Shown here piece after piece: positions 28,046-37,307 of a stretch of 64,000 nucleotides of DNA (position 1 is the stretch's first letter; the number at the start of each line of letters is the position of its first letter). The notes beneath the pieces were generated by a model, which saw nothing but the letters and a program-made list of their open reading frames with translations, was not told the origin of the DNA and did not search any database. The position numbers were made by a program, and so were the translations under genes. The DNA is taken from positions 10,850 to 74,849 of the forward strand of contig PXQU01000005.1 in assembly GCA_003021785.1 (NCBI GenBank), given 5' to 3'. This stretch comes from Halobacteriales archaeon QH_7_65_31. GTDB lineage: Archaea; Halobacteriota; Halobacteria; Halobacteriales; Haloarculaceae.

Positions 28046-30531
28046 CCGGCGTACTCGCTGCCGACGACCTCGCGAATCCGCTCTGCGGTGACCGGGCCGA
28101 CGCCCTCGATCTCGCGGAGCTCCGCCTCGCCCGCTGTCATCACCGCTTCGACGCTCCCGAGCGCCGACAGCAGCGCGCGGGCGGTGACCGGCCCGACCTC
28201 GGCGACCGAACTAACGACGTACTCCTGCTGTTCGTCTAGCGTCTTGTTCGACTTCTCGCCGTGGACACGTAGCTCGCGGTCGCTCTCCTCCTGTTCGCGT
28301 CGCGCGACCACCTCCAACAGCTCCGTCGTCCCCTGTTCGTCCTCGGTGAAGAGGACGCTCGCGCCGAAATCGACGGCGAGCGAGGCGAGCGCCCCGCGAA
28401 TCGCGTTCGGATGGACGTTGCGCTCCCCGTAGAGGTTCTCCCCCTCGACGATGACGACCGGGCGCGCGTAGCTGCGGACGGCATCGCCCACCTGCTCGAA
28501 CATCGAGCGGTCCTCACCGAGTAAGGTGTCGAGGAAGTCGGCCACGCTCTTTCGCTCGACGACGACGCGGTTCGAGAGGACGTAATCACCGACCGCGAGC
28601 GTCTCCAGCCGGGTCTCGATCCCGTCGCGCTTCGAGAGGTCCCGCGCGATCGTCGCGTCGAGCTCGCGCTGGTCGGCGACGATCTCGACGCCTGATTCGT
28701 CGGTCCCGGCGACGGCTGCAACCGCCTCGTCGGCGTCACCGGTATCGCCGGTGTCGTCGCTCTCGGAGTCGTCCGTTTCCCTCTCGCCATCGGTCGCCGC
28801 CTCCTCCCCCGCGAAGGTGTCCAGACTGGGCTGTCCGTCGGTCTCGTCGTCACCGGTATCGCTGTCGGCTCCGTCGCCGTCGCCGCTCCCCTCACCGGTC
28901 GCCGTCGGCTCCGCGTCCGGCCCCTCCGGCATGGTCGACTCGCCCTCGAAACTCCCGAGCGACTCTTGACTCAGCTCGGATTCGAGCTCGCTGGCCATCC
29001 CTTTCAGCGAGCGAAGCTCCTCCTCCATCTGCTTCTCCTCGTTCTGTGCCATCCAGAAGAACGCCTCGTCGCGGGTGTCGTTCGCGATGAGGACGACGAC
29101 CTTCCCCGTCGATGCGCGACCGGTCCGGCCCTTCCGCTGGATGGACCGAACGCCCTTCGGAACCGGCTCGTAGAACAGCACGAGATCGACGTCCGGCACG
29201 TCCAGTCCCTCCTCTGCGACGCTGGTTGAGACGAGCACCTCGAACTCGCCGGCGCGGAACGCGTCGAGCGTCTCCGTCTGCTCCTTTTGCGTCATCCCGT
29301 CTGACCCCTGCTTGTCGCCCTGACCGACGAACCGCCGCGCGTCGAACGACTCGTTCAGGAACTCGGTCAGGGTCTCTGCTGTGTCCCGGCTCTCCGTGAA
29401 GACGATAGCGCGCGAGCCGCCGTCGAGTCCGAAGGTCTCCGCGAGCAGGATGCGCGTCTTCCTGAACTTGGGGTGGAGTCCCTCGAACTCCTCGGCGAGT
29501 CGCATCGCCTTCTTCACATTCGGCTCGGAGACGAACCGCTGGCTCGCCTTCGATGCGCCCGACGACCGGGCCTGCTCGCGCTGGCGCTCGAAATACCGCC
29601 GGAGCGACTCGACCGACTGGGTCTCCACCAGCTCCGTCGCGCGCCGGAGCTTCATCACCTCGGCGTGGGCGGACATCCCCTCGTAGCCGGCCGAGTCGTC
29701 GTCGTTGATGAGCCGCTGGAGCTGTGCGCGCGCCCGGTTCAGATCGCGCTGGCTCATGTTCGGGTCCGTCGAGTTCACCACGCCCAGCTCCTTCAGCTGC
29801 GAGAGCCGGTCCGTAATGACCTCGTTGAGCGCGTCGCGGACCGCGAGCACGTCCTCGGGCAGATCGATGTGCTGCCAGTCCACCTCCGTCCGGTAGGTGT
29901 GTCGCTCCACGTCGGCGTCGCTTTCGGTCATCACCTCCACCTCCGCGAGCCCGAGATTCTCACACACCGTCAGAATCTCCTCCTCGTCGCCGCCGGGGCT
30001 GGCCGACATCCCGGTGGCGAGTGGTCGCTCCGCGTCGGCGTGATACCGCTCGGCGATGTAGTTGTACGCGTACTCGCCGGTCGCGCGGTGACACTCGTCG
30101 AAGGTGAGATGCGTCACGTCGGCCAGCGAAATGCGGTTGCCGACGAGGTCGTTCTCGATGACCTGCGGCGTCGCCATCACGATACGGGCCGACTCCCACA
30201 GCTCCGCGCGGTCGGCCGGGCGCACATCGCCGGTGAAGACGACGATCTCGTCGCCGGCGACGTCCAGTGCCTCGCGATAGAACTCCGCGTGCTGCTGGAC
30301 TAACGGCTTCGTCGGCGCGAGCATCAGCGAGGTTCCGCCGTGCTCCGCGAGCCGATGGGCCGTCACGAGACAGGAGACGGTCGTCTTCCCGAGTCCGGTC
30401 GGGAGACAGACCAGCGTGTGCGTCTCCGACGCGGCGTCGGCCAGCTGGGTCTGGTAGGCTCTGTCTTCGAGAAAGCCCTGACTCACCAGTGGCCGGTCGA
30501 GATACTCCACGTCGGCGTCTGCAGCCGCCAT
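28042..30531 (-). CDS. hef: Hef helicase-nuclease (FANCM-like SF2 helicase plus ERCC4/XPF nuclease)
   Basis: LPTGLGKT, DECH, SASPG, QRKGRTGR, acidic linker, GDY..VERKS, HhH. Confidence 0.95.
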   Translation of the reverse strand: MAAADADVEYLDRPLVSQGFLEDRAYQTQLADAASETHTLVCLPTGLGKTTVSCLVTAHRLAEHGGTSLMLAPTKPLVQQHAEFYREALDVAGDEIVVFTGDVRPADRAELWESARIVMATPQVIENDLVGNRISLADVTHLTFDECHRATGEYAYNYIAERYHADAERPLATGMSASPGGDEEEILTVCENLGLAEVEVMTESDADVERHTYRTEVDWQHIDLPEDVLAVRDALNEVITDRLSQLKELGVVNSTDPNMSQRDLNRARAQLQRLINDDDSAGYEGMSAHAEVMKLRRATELVETQSVESLRRYFERQREQARSSGASKASQRFVSEPNVKKAMRLAEEFEGLHPKFRKTRILLAETFGLDGGSRAIVFTESRDTAETLTEFLNESFDARRFVGQGDKQGSDGMTQKEQTETLDAFRAGEFEVLVSTSVAEEGLDVPDVDLVLFYEPVPKGVRSIQRKGRTGRASTGKVVVLIANDTRDEAFFWMAQNEEKQMEEELRSLKGMASELESELSQESLGSFEGESTMPEGPDAEPTATGEGSGDGDGADSDTGDDETDGQPSLDTFAGEEAATDGERETDDSESDDTGDTGDADEAVAAVAGTDESGVEIVADQRELDATIARDLSKRDGIETRLETLAVGDYVLSNRVVVERKSVADFLDTLLGEDRSMFEQVGDAVRSYARPVVIVEGENLYGERNVHPNAIRGALASLAVDFGASVLFTEDEQGTTELLEVVARREQEESDRELRVHGEKSNKTLDEQQEYVVSSVAEVGPVTARALLSALGSVEAVMTAGEAELREIEGVGPVTAERIREVVGSEYAG

Positions 30532-30577
30532 TGCCGATGTTTGGTCGCTCTCGTGAATAAGCGTTCGCGTCGCGGGG

Positions 30578-30588
30578 TGAAACTGAAC
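30578..30588 (-). promoter_or_regulatory. Candidate DNA-damage-response element upstream of hef
   Basis: Minus strand GTTCAGTTTCA, 47-57 nt upstream of the ATG; 9/11 match to the radA element. Confidence 0.45.
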
Positions 30589-30593
30589 CCCCG

Positions 30594-32348
30594 TCAGTCG
30601 CTCTCGTCGATGACCCGGGCCTCGAACTCCTCGGGGAGTGACTCCAAATCCCCGGCCTGCACGCTCCAGAGGTCGGCGTACAGACCTCCCTCGGCGAGCA
30701 GGGTCTCGTGGTCGCCTCGCTCGGTCACTCGGCCCGCTTCCATGACGAGAATCTCGTCGGCGTCTTTCACCGTCGAGAGCCGGTGAGCGATGGCGAACGT
30801 CGTCCGATTCGCCGAGAGCGAGTCGAGTGACTTCTGGATGAGATACTCCGTCTCGGTGTCGACCGCGCTGGTCGCCTCGTCGAGGACGAGCAGCTCGGGG
30901 TCCTGCAGCACGACACGCGCGATGGCGATCCGCTGGCGCTGGCCGCCGGAGAGCTTCACTCCGAACAGGAACGTCTCCTGTCCGACGTAGCCGATGTGGT
31001 CCCGGAGCGATTCGAGCGTCACGTCCCGGATATCGCGGCCGTCGACGCGGATCCCACCGTCTGTCTCCGCCGCGTTGGAGACGTCGTACATCCGGAGCAG
31101 GAGCTTGAGCATCGTCGATTTGCCCGCGCCGGTCGGCCCGACGAGCGCGACCGTCTCACCCGGCTTCGCCTCGAAGCTCACGCCGTCGATGACGGTCTCG
31201 GAGTCGTCGTACGCGAAGCGCACGTCGTCGTAGACGACTCTCCCCTCGACGTCGGTCAGCTCGGCTCCGTCCGCGGGGTCATCGACCTCGACGGGGATAT
31301 CCATCAGGCCGAAGACGCGCTCGGAGGAGGCCTTCGCGTTCTCGTACTGGTCGATGATGTTCGACACCTCCGCGAGCGGCGTGGCGAACCGCTGGGAGAG
31401 AAAGAGGAACGAGACGAACGTCCCGACCTGTAGCTGGCCGCTCGCGCCCGGCGGAACGCCGACGAACAGCCAGTAGCCTCCCACGAGGAAGGTGAGCGTG
31501 AACGACACGCCGGCGAGCAGCTCCATCCCCGGCCGATAGAAGTACGAGAGCCGGAGCATCGCCATCGTGTCGTCGAACAGCTGCTTGGAGGAGCCGCGCA
31601 CGCGGTCGGTCTCGTACGCCTCGCTCGCCGTCGTCTTCGTCAGCTCGATACCGGCGATCGAGTTCTCCAGTCGGGTGTTGAGCTTCCCCATCGAGGAGCG
31701 GCGGGCGGCGTACAGCGGCTCGGCTCGCTTCATGAACCAGTAGGTGAAAAGCGTCATCACCGGTGCGACGAGCAGCGTGATGACGGCGAGATAGGCGTTC
31801 GCGATGAAGAGGACGACCCCGATACCGAGCAACATCGCGCCGAGCCGGACCGCGCCGGTCAACGCGTTGTCCAGAAACATCTCCAGATTCTCCGTATCGG
31901 ACGAGAGGATGGACATCGTCTCGCCGGTCTGTTTGTCGTCGAAGAAGGACATATCGAGCCGGCTCATCGTCTCGAAACAGTCCACCCGGACGGCGTGCAT
32001 CACGCCGTGGGCGAACTCGTTCGCGGCGACGCCGTAGACGTAGGTGAACAGCCCCGTGAGGAGGAACGCGCCGCCGATGAACACGACCGAGAGCCAGAAC
32101 AGCGGCTCAGCGCCGGTCGGCAGCAGCGACTCCGGAACGAGCGGCAGGGAGTACGTCTGCCCGCTGAGCTTGTTCACGGCCGCACCGAGCACGAGCGGCG
32201 GCGCGAGCGAGGCGAACTGTGCGAGCAGATTGGCGAGGACGCCGACTGCGAACCAGCCGTACCGCGGCTTACCGTACGCGGCGAAGAGCCGGCGCATCGG
32301 CCGGTCTACGTCCGCGCGGTAGCGGTCGAAGACGCTCTCCGCTGTCAT
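30594..32348 (-). CDS. MsbA/MdlB-like ABC exporter (TMD+NBD) with an in-frame deletion in the NBD
   Basis: 6-TM domain, GPTGAGKST, LSGGQRQR, LDEATS, IAHRLST; the Q-loop is joined directly to the signature motif; start MTAESVF. Confidence 0.88.
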   Translation of the reverse strand: MTAESVFDRYRADVDRPMRRLFAAYGKPRYGWFAVGVLANLLAQFASLAPPLVLGAAVNKLSGQTYSLPLVPESLLPTGAEPLFWLSVVFIGGAFLLTGLFTYVYGVAANEFAHGVMHAVRVDCFETMSRLDMSFFDDKQTGETMSILSSDTENLEMFLDNALTGAVRLGAMLLGIGVVLFIANAYLAVITLLVAPVMTLFTYWFMKRAEPLYAARRSSMGKLNTRLENSIAGIELTKTTASEAYETDRVRGSSKQLFDDTMAMLRLSYFYRPGMELLAGVSFTLTFLVGGYWLFVGVPPGASGQLQVGTFVSFLFLSQRFATPLAEVSNIIDQYENAKASSERVFGLMDIPVEVDDPADGAELTDVEGRVVYDDVRFAYDDSETVIDGVSFEAKPGETVALVGPTGAGKSTMLKLLLRMYDVSNAAETDGGIRVDGRDIRDVTLESLRDHIGYVGQETFLFGVKLSGGQRQRIAIARVVLQDPELLVLDEATSAVDTETEYLIQKSLDSLSANRTTFAIAHRLSTVKDADEILVMEAGRVTERGDHETLLAEGGLYADLWSVQAGDLESLPEEFEARVIDESD

Positions 32349-32426
32349 TGTGTCGTCTGTGAAACGCTTCCGATTAGAGGTTGTGCTTTGAGAACCACTC
32401 AAGTGGTCGCCAAGCGAACGACGGGT

Positions 32427-32699
32427 ATGGACACGGCCGCCCTGAAACAGCGTCTCGACCGCTTCGACGGCAGTGTCTCCGAGCGGCGCGCCGTTGCCAG
32501 ACAGGCGCGTGATCTCGCGGATTCGGGCGTCTTCGAGCGCGACGAGGGGTATCAGCTCACCGCGGCGGTCGTCGTGGAGCAGCTCGCGGACGCCCCCGAC
32601 GGCGGCCCGGCCGACCGCTGGAACTGGTGGCTCGGCTCGCTCGAAGTCGTCCACGGCGCGTACAGCCGGTTTCAGGTCGAACGCTGGCAGGAGGCGTGA
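32427..32699 (+). CDS. Small conserved hypothetical protein, 90 aa
   Basis: MDTAALKQRL..RAVARQARDLADSG..DRWNWWLGSL. Confidence 0.75.
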   Translation: MDTAALKQRLDRFDGSVSERRAVARQARDLADSGVFERDEGYQLTAAVVVEQLADAPDGGPADRWNWWLGSLEVVHGAYSRFQVERWQEA

Positions 32700-32789
32700 G
32701 ACCGCACCGAGCGCGTCACCGCGTACGTCTCCCGACCCGGCGTATCGGCGTAGGCGAACGCTTTTTCGCCGCCCGCTCGTCGCTCTGAC

Positions 32790-33287
32790 ATGGACGATTC
32801 GACCGCCGAGAGCATCGAGACGGTCGTCGGTGAGGGTATCGTCGACGGGATCACGGCGAACTGGGAGTCCCTCGTCGCGACCGCCGGCGACGTCGCGGCC
32901 GAGTTCGATCGCGAGACCGTCGTCTGTGAGCCGAGCGACGTGACTGTCGTCCCGGCGACCGACCAGTTCGGGCTGACGGCGGTCGTGGGCGACGAGAGCT
33001 TCCGGCGGCTGAACGACCTCGATCCCGAACGGCTCGATCCGGGGGCCATCGCCCGCGCGGAGAGCGACGGGCTCGTGCTCCTGTTGCTCACGCTCGAAAC
33101 GGCAGAAACCGCCGTCGTGCTTCCACTCTACTACGAGCGAACCGCCGACGAGGAAGGTGTGCTCCGCGACCACGACGGTGAGCTACCGATCCGGCTCCGG
33201 AGCCTCACCGCGCTGGAGCCGGTGTCGGTCGCGATCGACTCCCCCGAAGCGCTCTTTCCCGAGACGCGGTTCGACGCCGAGAGTTAG
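32790..33287 (+). CDS. Hypothetical acidic protein
   Basis: 165-aa ORF with halophilic composition. Confidence 0.65.
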   Translation: MDDSTAESIETVVGEGIVDGITANWESLVATAGDVAAEFDRETVVCEPSDVTVVPATDQFGLTAVVGDESFRRLNDLDPERLDPGAIARAESDGLVLLLLTLETAETAVVLPLYYERTADEEGVLRDHDGELPIRLRSLTALEPVSVAIDSPEALFPETRFDAES

Positions 33288-33904
33288 CCGCCGTCGGCCT
33301 CGTGGACGTGACCACACTCCGGGCAGGTCACCTCGTCGTGGCGAAGCCCGACCGAGCTGTCGCGCACCTCTCGCATCACCTCCGAGATTCTATCTTCGGC
33401 GTCCAGCTCCTCTGCTACCGTCAGCTCGACGCCCTCGACTTCGAGGAGGAACTTCGCCACCTCCGTCACCTCGTACATCAGGTCGTCCAGCTCCTCGGCG
33501 GTGAAGAACTCCGACATCGCGCCGTAGAGGAACGTCGCGCCCGCCGTCTGCACCTTCTCCTCGAAGGAGGCCCGCGCCTGATTCACCGCCTGCGGCGAGT
33601 AGGTGTCGGTCATGAACGGAACGAGTTCGGGCAGATTCTCGCCGATCTTCGTCATCTCCACGCCCGTCTCCGTCCGGAAGTCCGCACACAGCCGCGCGAT
33701 GGCCCACTCGCGGGCCGTGATGTAGGTGCGGTCACGCAGGAACTCGTTGGCGCGGTCGTACGTCGCGCCGTCGATCTTCGAGAAGCGGGTGTACGCCGCT
33801 ACGTCGTCGGGCACAGCCTCGGTGTCATCGACCGACTGCTCGGGCTCCTCGTCCGCGACACGTTCGACCGCCGGCGTCGGCTCCGAGTCGGGCGTCTCTG
33901 TCAT
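33284..33904 (-). CDS. Conserved haloarchaeal protein (DUF5806-like) with C-terminal CPxCG
   Basis: FLRDRTYITAREWAIARLCADFRTETGVEM; CPECGH; start MTETPDS. Confidence 0.85.
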   Translation of the reverse strand: MTETPDSEPTPAVERVADEEPEQSVDDTEAVPDDVAAYTRFSKIDGATYDRANEFLRDRTYITAREWAIARLCADFRTETGVEMTKIGENLPELVPFMTDTYSPQAVNQARASFEEKVQTAGATFLYGAMSEFFTAEELDDLMYEVTEVAKFLLEVEGVELTVAEELDAEDRISEVMREVRDSSVGLRHDEVTCPECGHVHEADGG

Positions 33905-33951
33905 GGGCGAAACTCCAGCACGGCGGTGAAAAAGCGTGTCGCCCGCTTCGG

Positions 33952-34305
33952 CTATCTCGCGTCGCGCTCGCGTTCGATCTCCCGCTCGATAGACGCTCCG
34001 GGCTCCTCGTCGTCGGCCCGGACCAGCCGTTCGAGCCGGCGTTCGAACTCCTCGTCGCCGAGTTCCCCGTCGGCGTACCGGCGTTTGAGCCGTTCGATCG
34101 GGTCCTCGGGATCGGATTCGGACTCGTCTGTCTCGTCCTCGTCGTCGGTGAGAAACCCGACGAGCGAGAGCAGCACGGCGAACCCGAGGACCCAGATGGC
34201 CCAGAACCACGGGATGCCCGGGATCAGCGCGATCATGCCGGCCCCGAGGATCAGGAAGGTGGTCACGCCGCCGATGTTCTCGCGAGCGTTCGAGAGGACT
34301 CCCAT
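33952..34305 (-). CDS. 2-TM protein with C-terminal SHOCT domain
   Basis: PIERLKRRYADGELGDEEFERRLERL. Confidence 0.85.
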   Translation of the reverse strand: MGVLSNARENIGGVTTFLILGAGMIALIPGIPWFWAIWVLGFAVLLSLVGFLTDDEDETDESESDPEDPIERLKRRYADGELGDEEFERRLERLVRADDEEPGASIEREIERERDAR

Positions 34306-34386
34306 ACCAGTGGCTCCTCGGCTCGGGAGAAAAAGCCCGCGACCGCCGTCGGGACTCTTTTATAACGGCCAAGCGTCACCACCCGC

Positions 34387-34755
34387 ATGAACGTACTGCT
34401 GGGCATCGGCGGGAGCGGGGACTCCTTTCGCGCTCTGGAGAAGACGATCACGCGAGCACAGGAGGCCGGCGACACGCTCACCGTCGCCATCCTCGAAAAT
34501 CCCGACTCCGAGCCGAACCCCGAGGAGCTGGTCGAGCGCGCACGCACCGCCCTCGCCGAGGCGGGACTCGATCCAGATGTCCGTACCCTCGACGGCCACG
34601 CGGGGAGCCAGCTCGTCGACTTCGCAGAAAGCGAAGGGTACGAGCTCATCGTCCTCGGCGGCGGTGAGACCAGCCCGCTGGGCAAGGTGCAGCTCGGTTC
34701 GATCGCGGAGTTCGTCCTGTTGAACGCCACCGTCTCTGTCACCCTCGTCAGATGA
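34387..34755 (+). CDS. Universal stress protein (UspA family)
   Basis: LIVLGG..LGSIAEFVLLNA; TTTATA box upstream. Confidence 0.88.
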   Translation: MNVLLGIGGSGDSFRALEKTITRAQEAGDTLTVAILENPDSEPNPEELVERARTALAEAGLDPDVRTLDGHAGSQLVDFAESEGYELIVLGGGETSPLGKVQLGSIAEFVLLNATVSVTLVR

Positions 34756-35288
34756 GCCGGATCTACCCCGACGAGGTCGCCGGCCCGTACGACCCGCCGC
34801 CGCACGCGTTCACGGATAAGGCCGACCGCGAGATCTCGATCCGTCGCTTCGAGGACACGGAGGCGCTCGTAGAGATGTATCTCGCCTTCGACCCCGAGGA
34901 CCGGGCACAGGGAATCCCCCCGACGACGGAAGATGAGATACGCGACTGGCTCGACACCGTCGTCTCCGACGGGGGCGTCAACGTCGTCGCGTGGCACGGC
35001 GGTGATATTGTCGGCCACGCCACGCTCGTCCCGGACTTCGACAACGAGGAGACGACGCTCGACGAGTTCGAGCTCGCCATCTTCGTCGTCGCGGCGTATC
35101 AGGAGTCGGGGATCGGGTCACAGCTCATCACCGCGCTGCTCGGGGCAGGCCGCGAGGCGGGGATCGACCGGGTCTGGCTCACCGTCGAGCGGTGGAACCA
35201 CGCCGCCGTCGAGCTGTACGAGAAGGTCGGCTTCGAGCCGTCAGACACCGGTAACTTCGAGCTGGAGATGGGTGCGCGACTACGATAG
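34752..35288 (+). CDS. GNAT N-acetyltransferase
   Basis: YQESGIGSQL, NHAAVELYEKVGF; ATGA overlap with the usp gene. Confidence 0.9.
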   Translation: MSRIYPDEVAGPYDPPPHAFTDKADREISIRRFEDTEALVEMYLAFDPEDRAQGIPPTTEDEIRDWLDTVVSDGGVNVVAWHGGDIVGHATLVPDFDNEETTLDEFELAIFVVAAYQESGIGSQLITALLGAGREAGIDRVWLTVERWNHAAVELYEKVGFEPSDTGNFELEMGARLR

Positions 35289-36545
35289 CCGGACGTTCTC
35301 ACCCGCTCGCTCCCCGAACTCGCCGTCTTCGTAGACCACGCTGCCACGCACCAGCGTCAGCGACGGGAACACACCCTCCATCCCCTCGAACGGCGTCCAC
35401 TCGCAGTTCGTGTGGAGCGCGTCACCGCGGATCGGCTCCGGGGTCCCGTCGACGAGGACGAGATCGGCGTCGTTCCCCTCGACGAGTCGGCCCTTGTCGT
35501 CGAGTCCGAACCGCTCTGCGGGGTTCGCCGCCGTCAGGTCGCGCACGCGCTCGTGGCTCAGTTCGCCGCGCTCGGCGGCCGCGAGCAGGAGCGGCAGCGC
35601 CGTCTCGACCCCGGGAACCCCCGAGGGAGCCGACCAGACATCGGTGTCCTTCTCCGCGCGGGTGTGGGGCGCGTGGTCGGTCGCGATCATATCGACCGTC
35701 CCGTCGGCGACCCGCTCGAAGACGGCCGCACGGCGTCGTTCGCTCCGGAGCGGGGGGTTCATCCGGCCGTGCGTCCCCAGCTCCGGCAGATCGGCTCGCG
35801 ACAGGAACAGGTGATGCGGCGTCACCTCACAGCTCATCCCCGACGCCGTAGCGGCGTCGATCCCCTCCGGCGTCGAGGCGTGTGCGACGTGAATCTCGGC
35901 GTCGTGCTCGCCGGCGACGGCACAGGCGCGTTCGATCGCTTCGATCTCCGCGTCGGCGGTGCGGAAGGCGCTCCACGCGTCGGCGTCGGTACGTTCGCGG
36001 GCGGTCTCGTCGAACAGGGTCGCGTCCTCGGCGTGGACCGTCACCGGCGTGTCGGTCTCGGTCGCAGCCCCGAGCGCCGTCTCGAACAGCTCGGCGTCGA
36101 TACCCATCTCGCCCGTCGAGTCGGCGAGAAACACCTCACCGAGCGCGAACAGCGGACGTTCGAGCAGCGAGTCGGCGTCCCACGACTCGGTGACACCGCC
36201 GTTGATGCCGTAATCGACGTACGAGCACTCGGCGAGAGCGGCCTTCCGGTCGAACGCCTCCCCGTCGATCGTCGGCGGCTCGGTGTTCGGCTGATCGACG
36301 ACGGTGGTGACACCGCCCGCCGCCGCCGAGCGCGAGCCGCTCGTCCACGTCTCCTTGTGCGGGAACCCCGGCTCGCGGAAATGGACGTGCGTGTCGATCA
36401 TCCCCGGGAGCAGGCGCTTGCCGGTCGCGTCGATGACCCGCTCGCCGTCGACCGGATCGAGCGCCCCGACGGCGGCGACACGCTCGCCGGTCACTCGCAC
36501 GTCCCGAACCCGATCGTCGGCGAGTATCGCGTCCTGAAAGAGCAT
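35280..36545 (-). CDS. pyrC: Dihydroorotase
   Basis: PGMIDTHVHFREPG, DQPNT, VHAED, CEVTPHHL, MNPPLR, ATDHAPH; start MLFQDA. Confidence 0.92.
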   Translation of the reverse strand: MLFQDAILADDRVRDVRVTGERVAAVGALDPVDGERVIDATGKRLLPGMIDTHVHFREPGFPHKETWTSGSRSAAAGGVTTVVDQPNTEPPTIDGEAFDRKAALAECSYVDYGINGGVTESWDADSLLERPLFALGEVFLADSTGEMGIDAELFETALGAATETDTPVTVHAEDATLFDETARERTDADAWSAFRTADAEIEAIERACAVAGEHDAEIHVAHASTPEGIDAATASGMSCEVTPHHLFLSRADLPELGTHGRMNPPLRSERRRAAVFERVADGTVDMIATDHAPHTRAEKDTDVWSAPSGVPGVETALPLLLAAAERGELSHERVRDLTAANPAERFGLDDKGRLVEGNDADLVLVDGTPEPIRGDALHTNCEWTPFEGMEGVFPSLTLVRGSVVYEDGEFGERAGENVRLS

Positions 36546-36579
36546 ACGCCGGCTCCGCCCGCCGAGGATAAAAGTGAGG

Positions 36580-37257
36580 CTACCGCAGCCGCTCGACCGT
36601 CGCGTCGCGACCACCGACGAGCGCCGTCTCCAGCGCTCGGGCCACCCGGTCGGGGTCGCCGTCGCCGCCTGCGCGTGCGACGCTCCCGACGCTGTCGGGG
36701 TCGAACGCGACGCCGAGCGCGTCGTACACGCCATTGAGGACGGCGGCGATTTCCTCGTGGTCCCGGACGACAGCGATACCGGCCGTCTGTGCGACACCCT
36801 TCGAGACGCGCTGTGCGAGTCCGACGAGCTTCCCCGCCGCCGAGAGGGAGTGCTGGCCGGGACAGAACGCGTCGGGCGGCTCCCCGCGCTCGGCCGTCAC
36901 CCCCACCGTTTCGAGTGCACGACGCACGTCCTCGACGGCCTCATCGTAGCGGGCGTCCATCCCGCTCCGGAGGTCTTCGATCGGTTCGAGTCGGAGGAAC
37001 GCGACCGTGTTCCCCGTGTACGCGACCGCACGACCTCCCACGTCGCGCTCGTGTGACGGGTAGCCGTGCTCGCGGGCGATCTCGCGTGCCCGACCGTAGC
37101 CGTCCGCTCTCGTGTCGCGCCGCCCGAACGCCAGCTGTCGGTGGGGTCGCCACGCCCTGACCGCCCCCTCGCCGTCGCTCGCTACGTCTTCCCGGAGCGC
37201 GGCCGTGACGGCGCGGTCGGCGTCGATGTCGGCTCCCTCCCCTCGGACGATTCGCAT
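36580..37257 (-). CDS. Lipoate-protein ligase / octanoyltransferase (LipL-like) family protein
   Basis: R.VGGRAV, FCPGQHSL, KLVGLAQR; start MRIVRG. Confidence 0.85.
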   Translation of the reverse strand: MRIVRGEGADIDADRAVTAALREDVASDGEGAVRAWRPHRQLAFGRRDTRADGYGRAREIAREHGYPSHERDVGGRAVAYTGNTVAFLRLEPIEDLRSGMDARYDEAVEDVRRALETVGVTAERGEPPDAFCPGQHSLSAAGKLVGLAQRVSKGVAQTAGIAVVRDHEEIAAVLNGVYDALGVAFDPDSVGSVARAGGDGDPDRVARALETALVGGRDATVERLR

Positions 37258-37307
37258 ACCCGCTCGACGAGCGCGACGGCTAAAGGTCTCCCCTCCCTCC
37301 CTCGGGT

